DNA from: Candidatus Brocadiia bacterium
GTDB lineage: Bacteria > Planctomycetota > PUPC01 > DSUN01
DNA: 64,000 nucleotides
Direction: 5' to 3'
Assembly: GCA_046538415.1 (NCBI GenBank)
Contig: JBKHIY010000003.1
Span: 4,143-68,142 of the forward strand
Part shown: positions 27,236-35,343 of the stretch, one piece after another
Numbering within the stretch: the first letter of the stretch is position 1
Layout of the letters: each line of letters begins with the position of its first letter
Made by a program: the position numbers and the translations under genes
Notes under the pieces: model-generated
The model's database searches: none
What the model saw: the letters and a program-made list of their open reading frames with translations, nothing else
What the model was told of the DNA's origin: nothing

Positions 27236-28300
27236 ATGACAAACCGCCAGCGACTACTGGTATTCATCGGCGTGGTCGTGGTCGTCGGGATCCTCCTGGT
27301 GCTCGGCCCCCGGTTGATACCCCGGCGCCAGGAGCGCGGCCAGCGCGAGCAGGAGGCCCGCGGCGAGCAGCGGGCCGGAGCCGAGAAGGGCGACCAGGAG
27401 GACGGCGGCGAGACGAAGCCGGCCAAGATATCCCAAGGGCCCCTCAAGGCCGCCTTCGACGCCGAGTTCCTCACCCGCCCCGACGGCTACCAGGGGATGG
27501 TCGAGCACTACGGCTTCCGCTTCCCCGAGGAGCCGAGGCAGATGGACCCCGGCCTGATGTACAAGGCCTGCGCCGACGGCGACGTGGACGTGATCGACGC
27601 CTTCGCCACCGACGGGCGGATCCCCGCCTACGAGCTCCAGATCCTGGAGGACGACAAGGGCTTCTTCCCCCCCTACTACGCGGCCCCGCTGGTCCGGGCC
27701 TCCGTCATCGAGCAGCATTCCAAGGCCGAGAGCGTGCTCAACCGCCTCGCCGGCCGCATGTCCAACCGCCAGATGCGCAGGCTCAACTACCGCGTCGACG
27801 AGAAGGGGCGCGAGCCCCGCGACGTGGCCCGCGAGTTCCTCATCAGCCAGGGCCTCCTCGAGCGGGAGGCCCAGCCCGGCGGGGGCACCGAGGGCCCGGT
27901 GACCGTGGGCAGCAAGCATTTCACCGAGCAGGAAATCCTCGGCGAGATGATGGCCCTCATGCTCGAATACCACACCGACCTTCAGGTGAACCGCCGGCTC
28001 AACCTGGGCGGGACCATGATCTGCTTCAACGCCCTGAAGGCCGGCGACCTCGGCCTCTACGCCGAGTACACCGGCACGGGGCTGGTGAACATCCTCAAGC
28101 GCGATGTCATCGCAGACCCCGACAAAGCCTACGAGAAGGTCAAGACCGAATTCAAGGAGAGGTACGACCTGGTGTGGCTCAAGCCCTTCGGCTTCAACAA
28201 CACCTACACCCTCACCATGCGCCGCGGGCAAGCCGAGGCGCTGGGCATCGAGACCATCTCCGACCTCGCTGAGTACATTAACCGCCGACGCAGCGACTAG
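27236..28300 (+). CDS. Osmoprotectant ABC substrate-binding protein (OpuCC/OsmX-like), circularly permuted
   Basis: N-terminal TM anchor. EFLTRPDG, MDPGLMY, DAFATDGRI and DDKGFFPPY come before VGSKHFTEQ, NLGGT, EYTGT, FGFNNTY and TISDL. Confidence 0.9.
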   Translation: MTNRQRLLVFIGVVVVVGILLVLGPRLIPRRQERGQREQEARGEQRAGAEKGDQEDGGETKPAKISQGPLKAAFDAEFLTRPDGYQGMVEHYGFRFPEEPRQMDPGLMYKACADGDVDVIDAFATDGRIPAYELQILEDDKGFFPPYYAAPLVRASVIEQHSKAESVLNRLAGRMSNRQMRRLNYRVDEKGREPRDVAREFLISQGLLEREAQPGGGTEGPVTVGSKHFTEQEILGEMMALMLEYHTDLQVNRRLNLGGTMICFNALKAGDLGLYAEYTGTGLVNILKRDVIADPDKAYEKVKTEFKERYDLVWLKPFGFNNTYTLTMRRGQAEALGIETISDLAEYINRRRSD

Positions 28301-28388
28301 CGCCGCGGGGCGGCGACCGCCGGGCGTCGCTACCGGGCGTCTCGGCGAGGGCCTCTCGCTGCGGCCGGTAGGTGAGGACCCGCGTGCC

Positions 28389-29000
28389 ATGCGCGAGCTG
28401 ATCGGCGCCGCCATTCCGTTTCTCGCCATCCTCAACCCCTTCGCCCTGTGCCTCTACCTGGTGGGGAAGATGGACGAGCTGGACACGCGCAGCTTCCGCA
28501 CGGTCCTGCTCAAGGCCTCGGTGCTGTCCCTCGCCGTTTTCGCCCTGTTTGCTGCCGCGGGCGACAGGTTGCTGGTCGAGGTGCTGGGCATCCACACGGA
28601 GGCGATGCGCATCTTCGGGGGCGTGATCTTCTTCGCCGTGGGCTACGGCTACGCCACGCGCGGATTCCAGGAGACGGTGCTCCTGCGGGGCAGCCTGGAC
28701 GATCTGCCCTCGGAGATCGCCGTGCCCTTCATGATCGGGGCGGGCACCATCACCCAGTCCGTCCTCCTGGGCAAGAGCTACTCCCTGGGCCTCGCCCTGG
28801 CCGTGATCGTCCTGAGCATGGCCCTCACCGTGGCCGCCGTGGTGTGCTTCAAAGTCATCCGCGACCGGGTGAAGGCCGCCCACGAGGCCGTCTTCGACCG
28901 GTATGTGAATATCCTCTCGCGGCTCAAGGGCCTGTTGATCGGGGCGATTTCCACGGATATGGTCGTCACCAGCCTGCGGGAGATGTGGCTGGGGAGCTGA
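28389..29000 (+). CDS. MarC family integral membrane protein
   Basis: FLAILNPF, LGI...AMRIFGGVIFF, AVPFMIGAGTIT. Six hydrophobic segments. Confidence 0.85.
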   Translation: MRELIGAAIPFLAILNPFALCLYLVGKMDELDTRSFRTVLLKASVLSLAVFALFAAAGDRLLVEVLGIHTEAMRIFGGVIFFAVGYGYATRGFQETVLLRGSLDDLPSEIAVPFMIGAGTITQSVLLGKSYSLGLALAVIVLSMALTVAAVVCFKVIRDRVKAAHEAVFDRYVNILSRLKGLLIGAISTDMVVTSLREMWLGS

Positions 29001-29041
29001 GGGCCGCTCCGCCGCGCGTCCAGCACAGAAGGAGAGAGCCC

Positions 29042-30361
29042 ATGAGACGCCGATGCCAGCCCTGGCTGTTTCGTGCCCTGTTCGCCGTGGTGGTTCTGCT
29101 CGGAGCTTCCTGCGGCCCGTGGGCGGGGGCCGCGGCCCTCGCCGGCGAGCCGCCGCCCGCGGAGGCCGAGGCCGCCAGCCCGGAGGAGGGCGGGGACGTC
29201 GCCGAGCTCGACATCGCCGAGCATCTTCCGCAGTGGGCGCAGGGGGAGTTCGTGGGCATCGCCGCGTGGCAATACATCGCCTGCTTCCTGCTCATCCTGC
29301 TCGGTCTGGTGGCCAGGAAGGTCTCGGACCACGTGGTGGAGACGCGGCTGGTGCCGCTGCTCCGCCGCACGCGCTACGAGGCCCTACCTCTGCTGGCCGA
29401 GGCGGCGAGCCGCCCTGCGGGCTACCTGCTGCTGCTGCTCGGCCTGTTCGCGGCGCTGGCGGTGCTGGGGCTGCCCCGCGAGCCCGACGTTCGAGGCTTC
29501 GCCTTCGGGGCCATCAAGATCCTGGTGGCCATCGACGTCATTTGGTTCCTCTTCCGGGCGGTGAACGTGGGCGAGCGGTACCTGGAGAAGCTGGCGGGGC
29601 GGAGCGAATCGAAGCTCGACGACCAGCTGGTGCCCGTGATCCGCAAGGCGCTCAAGGCCACCATCGCGGTCATCGGCTTCGTGTGGGTGGTCCAGCTCCT
29701 GGGCTACCGCGTCTCCAGCCTCCTGGCCGCCCTGGGCATCGGCGGCCTGGCCGTGGCCCTGGCTCTCCAGGACACGCTGGGCAACTTCTTCGGCTCGGTG
29801 TTCATCTTCCTCGACCGCCCCTTCGCGGTGGGCGACTGGATCAAGGTCGAGGGCGTGGAGGGGATCGTGGAGGACATCGGCTTCCGCTCCACCCGCATCC
29901 GCACCTGGCCGGCCACCCTGGTCTCCATCCCCAACAAGACCGTCGCTTCGTCCACGGTGGACAACTGGTCGCGGATGCCCAAGCGCCGCGTGATGCAGAC
30001 GGTGGGCGTGACCTACGAGACCACGGCCGACCAGATGGAGGCCGCGGTGGATGGGATTCGCCAGGTCGTGGAGGGCGACGAGGGGGTGGACAAGGAGTTC
30101 ATCGTGGTCCGCTTCACCGACTTCGGCGACTCCAGCCTCAACATCCTGGTCTACTACTTCACCACCGCCATCCCCTTCGCCGACCATACCGCCACCAAGC
30201 AGCGCATCAACCTCGCCATCATGCGGTTCCTGCGGGGCATGGGCCTCTCCATCGCCTTCCCCACCCAGACCCTCTACTTCGAGGGTCCGGTGGCGGAGAG
30301 CGTGGCCGAGGGAATCGGCCAACTGGGGCAGCAGCGGCCGGCCGACCGCGAGGAGTCGTGA
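29042..30361 (+). CDS. Small-conductance mechanosensitive channel, MscS family (YnaI-like)
   Basis: LLAALGIGGLAVALALQDTLGNFFG, DRPFAVGDWI, VEDIGFRSTRIRT, IPN, IAFPTQTL. Confidence 0.93.
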   Translation: MRRRCQPWLFRALFAVVVLLGASCGPWAGAAALAGEPPPAEAEAASPEEGGDVAELDIAEHLPQWAQGEFVGIAAWQYIACFLLILLGLVARKVSDHVVETRLVPLLRRTRYEALPLLAEAASRPAGYLLLLLGLFAALAVLGLPREPDVRGFAFGAIKILVAIDVIWFLFRAVNVGERYLEKLAGRSESKLDDQLVPVIRKALKATIAVIGFVWVVQLLGYRVSSLLAALGIGGLAVALALQDTLGNFFGSVFIFLDRPFAVGDWIKVEGVEGIVEDIGFRSTRIRTWPATLVSIPNKTVASSTVDNWSRMPKRRVMQTVGVTYETTADQMEAAVDGIRQVVEGDEGVDKEFIVVRFTDFGDSSLNILVYYFTTAIPFADHTATKQRINLAIMRFLRGMGLSIAFPTQTLYFEGPVAESVAEGIGQLGQQRPADREES

Positions 30362-30371
30362 GGGACGCGCC

Positions 30372-31910
30372 ATGGCCGTCGGCGATGCATCGCAGCCGAG
30401 CCGCCGGCAGTTCCTGGCCCGCCTGGGCGCTACGGCGGGCCTCCTGGAGGCCACGGCAATGAGCCTTCCCCCACGGCTGCGAGCCGCCGAGGCGAGGCCC
30501 CCGCGGCCCAACTTCGTCCTCTTCTTCACCGACGACCAGGGCTACAACGACGTCGGCTGCTTCGGCTCGCCCGACATCCGAACGCCCAACTTCGACCGCA
30601 TGGCCCGCCAAGGCATTCGGCTCACCAGCTTTTACGCCCAGGCCGTCTGCGGCCCCTCCCGCGCCGCGCTGATGACCGGATGCTATCCCATCCGGGTGGC
30701 CGAGCCGGGAAACACCAAGGGCCAGCACACCATCCTCCACCCCCGGGAGGTCACCATTGGCGAAGTGCTCCAGGATGCCGGCTACGCCACGGCGCTCATC
30801 GGCAAGTGGCACCTGGCGGGGGGCCGCAGGCCACACTACCCGCCCGAGCTGATGCCCAACGCCCAGGGCTTCGACTATTTCTTCGGCACCCCCTTGCACA
30901 ACGGCACCACCCGCACCGTGGACGGCGGCTCCTTCCGCACCCAGCGGATGCGCAACAACCAGGTGCTCGACGACTTCCTCGACCAGGACGAGATGAACCA
31001 GCTCACCGCGACCTACACCCGGGAGGCCTGTCAGTTCATCCGCGAGCATCGCCGCCGGCCCTTCTTCCTCTACCTGGCCCACAACATGCCCCACGTGCCC
31101 CTCGGCGTGTCCGACGCCTTCCGGGGCCGTTCCGCGCGGGGGCGCTACGGCGACGTCATCGAGGAGCTCGACTGGTCCCTCGGCCAGATCCTCCGCACCC
31201 TCGAGGAGCTGGGCCTGGACGAGAAGACCCTCGTGCTGTTCACGTCCGACAACGGGCCGTGGGTGGAGAAGCACCTGGCGGGCAAGGGCGGGAAGGACGC
31301 TTACTACGGCTCCGCAGAACCCCTGCGGGGCAGCAAGATGATGACCTGGGACGGCGGCCCGCGGGTGCCCGGCGTCGCCCGGTGGCCGGGCCGCATCCCC
31401 GGCGGACAGGTCAGCGACGAGGTCGTCACCACCCTCGACGTGCTGCCCACCTTCGCCCGGCTCGCCGGCGCCCGCGTGCCCGGCGACCGGATCATCGACG
31501 GGCGCGACGTGTGGCCCATCCTCGGCGGCCAGGCGGGCGCCGAGAGCCCCCGCGAGGCCTTCTACTTCTACTGCTACACCCACCTCCAGGCGGTGCGCAG
31601 CGGCCGGTGGAAGCTCGTCCTTCCCCGGCCCGTCCGTCCGCCCTGGTGCGGCTGGTCGGCCCGGATGGTGGACGCGGTCGAGGAGCTCAGGCTCCACGAC
31701 CTGGGGGCCGACATCGCCGAGCAGCACAACGTCGCCGACCAGCATCCCCGCGTGGTGGCCCGGCTCATGGGGCTCATCGAGGCCGCTCGCCAGGACCTCG
31801 GCGACTACGACCGGGTGGGCCAGGGCGCACGCTTCTTCGACCCTGGGCCCAAGCGACCGGACGTGGACTTTTGGAAGCGGCGCAGGCCCCGCGCCGCGGG
31901 TGGGGAATAG
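30372..31910 (+). CDS. Tat-exported sulfatase (arylsulfatase A-like)
   Basis: SRRQFL Tat motif, PNFVLFFTDDQG, CGPSRAALMTG (CxPxR), IGKWHL, FTSDNGP. Confidence 0.93.
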   Translation: MAVGDASQPSRRQFLARLGATAGLLEATAMSLPPRLRAAEARPPRPNFVLFFTDDQGYNDVGCFGSPDIRTPNFDRMARQGIRLTSFYAQAVCGPSRAALMTGCYPIRVAEPGNTKGQHTILHPREVTIGEVLQDAGYATALIGKWHLAGGRRPHYPPELMPNAQGFDYFFGTPLHNGTTRTVDGGSFRTQRMRNNQVLDDFLDQDEMNQLTATYTREACQFIREHRRRPFFLYLAHNMPHVPLGVSDAFRGRSARGRYGDVIEELDWSLGQILRTLEELGLDEKTLVLFTSDNGPWVEKHLAGKGGKDAYYGSAEPLRGSKMMTWDGGPRVPGVARWPGRIPGGQVSDEVVTTLDVLPTFARLAGARVPGDRIIDGRDVWPILGGQAGAESPREAFYFYCYTHLQAVRSGRWKLVLPRPVRPPWCGWSARMVDAVEELRLHDLGADIAEQHNVADQHPRVVARLMGLIEAARQDLGDYDRVGQGARFFDPGPKRPDVDFWKRRRPRAAGGE

Positions 31911-31944
31911 GGCCGCGGGAGCCGCGGCGGGCTGGCGAGGCAGC

Positions 31945-32763
31945 CTATTCCTCGGGCATGTAGATGACGCGCAGGCCGGCGTCGCCGTCCTCCCGCTCCG
32001 CCGCATGCGCCCTGCGGTTGGCGGAGCGGGCGCTATCGGCCTTGTAGTACCAGGAGCCCCCGCGCAGGACTCGGCCCGTGCCCTCCGAGGGTCCCTGAGG
32101 GTCGATCTTCTTGGCGCCGGCGTAGGAGAAGGCGTAGTAGTCCTCGCACAACTCCCAGACGTTCCCGCTCATGTCGTAGAGGCCCCAGTCGTTGGGCTCG
32201 AGCTGGCCCACCTCGTTGGTGCCCTCGTCGCGCTTGTAGACCCAGGCGCAGGCGGGGTCGAACTCGTCGCCCCAGTAGAAGCGGGTGGTGGTGCCCGCCC
32301 GACAGGCGTACTCCCATTCGGCCTCCGTGGGGAGGCGATAGGAGCCGCTGGGGTCCATCTCGGAGAGCTTGGCGCAGAAGGCCTTGGCGTCGTTCCACGA
32401 GACCATCTCGACGGGGCGGTTGTCGCCCTCGAAGCGGGAGGGGTTGCGGCCCACCACCTTGCCGTACTGGGCCTGGGTGACCTCGTGGACGCCCATGTAG
32501 AAGGGCTTGGAGATGGTCACCTCGTGGGCCGGCGCCTCGTCGGCCTCCCCCTCGTCGGTGCCCATGGTGAAGGTGCCGGCTTCGATGCGGCGGAACTTCA
32601 TGCCGATGCTGTTGGTCACCACTTCTCCCTCGTGCTCGGTCTCCACGGCTTCGACGGTCTCGACCTTCTTGCCCGCCGCCTCGTCGTCGCCGCCGCAGGA
32701 GACCAGAAGCGATGCCGCCAGCACGGCCAAGAGCCCGCTCGCCCATCGGATGCGATGTTGCAC
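31945..32763 (-). CDS. Formylglycine-generating-enzyme (SUMF1/FGE-sulfatase) domain lipoprotein
   Basis: Lipobox LVSC. FTMG, EVTQAQY, RLPTEAEWEYACRAG, PNDWGLYDMSGNVWE, RGGSW. Catalytic Cys pair absent. Confidence 0.88.
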   Translation of the reverse strand: MQHRIRWASGLLAVLAASLLVSCGGDDEAAGKKVETVEAVETEHEGEVVTNSIGMKFRRIEAGTFTMGTDEGEADEAPAHEVTISKPFYMGVHEVTQAQYGKVVGRNPSRFEGDNRPVEMVSWNDAKAFCAKLSEMDPSGSYRLPTEAEWEYACRAGTTTRFYWGDEFDPACAWVYKRDEGTNEVGQLEPNDWGLYDMSGNVWELCEDYYAFSYAGAKKIDPQGPSEGTGRVLRGGSWYYKADSARSANRRAHAAEREDGDAGLRVIYMPEE

Positions 32764-32991
32764 CTGGAAACCCCCTAGCCTAGACTCTGCGCTCGTACCT
32801 CGGCCGTCTCACCCGTGAGTGCGGAGCGCGGCCACACGTGCCTCACGCCCCCCTCTATACCAGGAAGCGGGCGGATCGTCAAGGGCCCGCCCCCCATGGC
32901 CGCGATTGACCGCGCTGCGCGGAAGCGGTATCCTGAGCCCCCTGCGAGGGGCGGGCCAGCTCTCCGTGGCTGCGATGAGAAGGAGATCGCC

Positions 32992-33933
32992 GTGAAAACG
33001 TTCGAATCGCTGCTCGATCTCGTGGCCGACCAGCCCACCTGCCGCCTGTCCGTGGCCGCGGCCCAGGACCATACGGTGCTGGCGGCGGTGCGCGACGCCG
33101 AGGAGCGCGGGCTGGTGGAGGCGGCGCTGTTCGGCGACCGGGAGGGCATCCGCGCCGCGGCGGAGCGGGCCGCATACCGCCTCCGGGAGGGCCAGGTGGT
33201 CCACGAGCCCGACCCCGTGCGGGCCGCCCGGGGCGCGGTGGCCCTGGCCTCGAGCGGGGAGGCGGACATGGTGATGAAGGGCTACATCCACACCGACGAC
33301 TTCCTGCGGGCCATCCTGGACAAGGAGCGGGGCCTGCGCACGGGCTCCATCATGAGCCACGTGTTCATCGCCGAGAGCCGCCAGCTCGACCGCCTGACGT
33401 TCATCACCGACGGGGCGATGAACATCGCGCCCGACCTGGAGCAGAAGGCGGCCATCCTGCTCAACGCCGTGCACATCGCCCGCGCCTTCGGCATCCAGCG
33501 CCCCAAGGTGGCCGCCCTGGCCGCGGTGGAGCTGGTCAACCCCCTGATGCCCGCCACGCTCGATGCCGCGGCCCTGGCCGAGATGAGCCGCAGGCGCCAG
33601 TTCTCCGTGCCCTGCGAGGTGGACGGCCCCTTCGCCCTGGACAACGCGGTGAGCGAGCTGGCCGCCAGGCACAAGGGCATCAGCGGCTCGGTGGCCGGCT
33701 GGGCGGACATCCTGCTGGTGCCCAGCATCGAGGCGGGCAACGTCCTGGCCAAGGCCCTGGTCTACCTGGGCGGATGCCGGCAGGCGGGGCTCCTGCTGGG
33801 GGCCCGGGTGCCCGTGGTGCTCACCAGCCGGGCCGACACGGCGGAGAGCAAGCTCCTGTCCATCGCTTCCGCGGTGTTCACCATCAACCTCGGCCGCGAC
33901 CTGTGGCTCAAGGTGGGCAAGGTCCACTACTGA
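32992..33933 (+). CDS. Phosphate acetyl/butyryltransferase (PTA/PTB family)
   Basis: MKGYIHT, MSHVF, TDGAMNIAP, PKVAALAAVE, VDGPFALDNAVS, LVPSIEAGN.LAK, LTSRAD. GTG 32992 with RBS AAGGAG. Confidence 0.9.
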   Translation: MKTFESLLDLVADQPTCRLSVAAAQDHTVLAAVRDAEERGLVEAALFGDREGIRAAAERAAYRLREGQVVHEPDPVRAARGAVALASSGEADMVMKGYIHTDDFLRAILDKERGLRTGSIMSHVFIAESRQLDRLTFITDGAMNIAPDLEQKAAILLNAVHIARAFGIQRPKVAALAAVELVNPLMPATLDAAALAEMSRRRQFSVPCEVDGPFALDNAVSELAARHKGISGSVAGWADILLVPSIEAGNVLAKALVYLGGCRQAGLLLGARVPVVLTSRADTAESKLLSIASAVFTINLGRDLWLKVGKVHY

Positions 33934-33970
33934 GATTCACGAACGCACACAGGGGACCGGCGGTTGACCC

Positions 33971-33999
33971 TTGACGCGCGGTGATCGGCCCCTTAAGAT
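33971..33999 (+). promoter_or_regulatory. Sigma70-type promoter for the ATP-citrate lyase-like genes
   Basis: TTGACG, 17 nt spacer, TAAGAT. Confidence 0.6.
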
Positions 34000-34095
34000 G
34001 CGGACCGCGCGGGCAGGCGCTCCCACCGTGGCGGCGCGCCGGCGTGGGTCCGAGGCTCGAACCGTGCACCCGCAGCGATGGAGGCGGATGTCGCC

Positions 34096-35343
34096 ATGGC
34101 CCTCCAGATCACCGAGCTGACCTTCCTGAACCAGCTGGCCCACCGGTTCGACCTCCCGGTGCCCGAGCACCTGGAGGCGGGGGCGTCGCGGCGCGCCATC
34201 CGCGAGGCCCTGGCCCGGTGGGGCGGCAAGGGGGTGGTGAAGGCCGACGTGATGGCCGGCGGCCGGGGCAAGGCGGGCGCCGTGAAGGTGGTGGAGGACC
34301 CGCAGGAGGCCGCGGCCGAGCTCCGTCGCCTGGCCACCGCCAAGGTGCAGGGCATGGAGGCCCGCAGCGCCTACCTCACGCAGTTCATCCCCGCCGAGCT
34401 CCAGATCTACTCCGCCATCACCTACGACTCCCGCTTCCTCGGCCCCTCGCTCACGGTCTCCATGAAAGGCAGCGTGGACATCGAGTCGGTGGGCCCCGAG
34501 GACAAGCGCACCATCCCCGTGGACGTCTTCAAGGGCCTGGACGCCTACCAGGCGTCGCAGCTTCTGGGCGAGCTGGGCTGCCCGCAGCGCCTGATCTCCA
34601 TCATGTCGCGGACCCTGGTGAGCTTCTGGGACATGTTCATCTCCACGGGCATGCGGATGTGCGAGGTGAACCCCTGGCGGCTGGGGCCCGACGACAGGCC
34701 CTACGCCTGCGACTTCAAGGCCGTCTTCGACGCCGCCAACTACAAGGTCAAGGAGGCCGACCTGCGGTTCCCCGAGTACCCGGAGAACGTCACGGAGTTC
34801 GAGGAGGAGATGGCCGCCTGGGACGCGGCCAGCTACCGGGGCCAGGCCCACGTGTGCGAGCTGGGAGGCGACCTGGTGCTGCCCATCCTCTTCGGCGGGG
34901 GAGCCAGCACCATCGCGGCCGAGACCCTGGAGGTGGCCGGGGGGAGGCCCATCTTCCTCTCCGACTTCGGGGGCAATCCCCCCTACGAGCGGATGTACGG
35001 CACCGCCGAGCGCTGCTTCCGCCACCACCTGGCCGGCGCCTCGACCCTCTTGATCCTGGGCGGCAAGGCCAACAACACGCTGATCGACGTGACCTTCCAG
35101 GCCATCGCCGATGCCCTGGTCGACTACTTCGAGCAGCAGGGGCGGGTGGAGGTACCGGTGATCATCGGGCGGGGCGGGCCGCGCATCGTGCCTGGCTTCA
35201 TCGGGATGCGCGAGGCCCTCGAGTCGCTGCGCCTGCCCTATGTGATCTTCGGCCACGACACCCCCATCACCCTGGTGGCGGAGTACGCCGCCCGGCTGGG
35301 GCAATTCGTCGAAAGCCGCAAGGAGGCCCACCATGCGGGCTAG
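34096..35343 (+). CDS. aclB: ATP-citrate lyase beta subunit-like (ATP-grasp plus citrate-binding domain)
   Basis: VVKAD..AGGRGKAG.V, EVNP, FGGGAS, DFGGNP, GGKANNT (cf. GGIANFT), GRGGP. RBS GGAGG favours ATG 34096 over 34078. Confidence 0.75.
   Translation: MALQITELTFLNQLAHRFDLPVPEHLEAGASRRAIREALARWGGKGVVKADVMAGGRGKAGAVKVVEDPQEAAAELRRLATAKVQGMEARSAYLTQFIPAELQIYSAITYDSRFLGPSLTVSMKGSVDIESVGPEDKRTIPVDVFKGLDAYQASQLLGELGCPQRLISIMSRTLVSFWDMFISTGMRMCEVNPWRLGPDDRPYACDFKAVFDAANYKVKEADLRFPEYPENVTEFEEEMAAWDAASYRGQAHVCELGGDLVLPILFGGGASTIAAETLEVAGGRPIFLSDFGGNPPYERMYGTAERCFRHHLAGASTLLILGGKANNTLIDVTFQAIADALVDYFEQQGRVEVPVIIGRGGPRIVPGFIGMREALESLRLPYVIFGHDTPITLVAEYAARLGQFVESRKEAHHAG

Noticed and set aside
17545-28300. 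Ergothioneine biosynthesis and uptake cluster (EgtA-like ligase, methyltransferase, EgtU-like ABC)
   Set aside because: No EgtB, EgtC, EgtE or EanB is present, the MTase shows no EgtD motifs that I recognise, and the AOR has no cysteine desulfurase fusion. Ergothioneine remains only a ligand worth testing for the binding protein.
15876-30361. Genomic island integrated at tRNA-Leu
   Set aside because: No integrase or transposase, no duplicated tRNA 3' end that I could find, and codon style matches the core genes.
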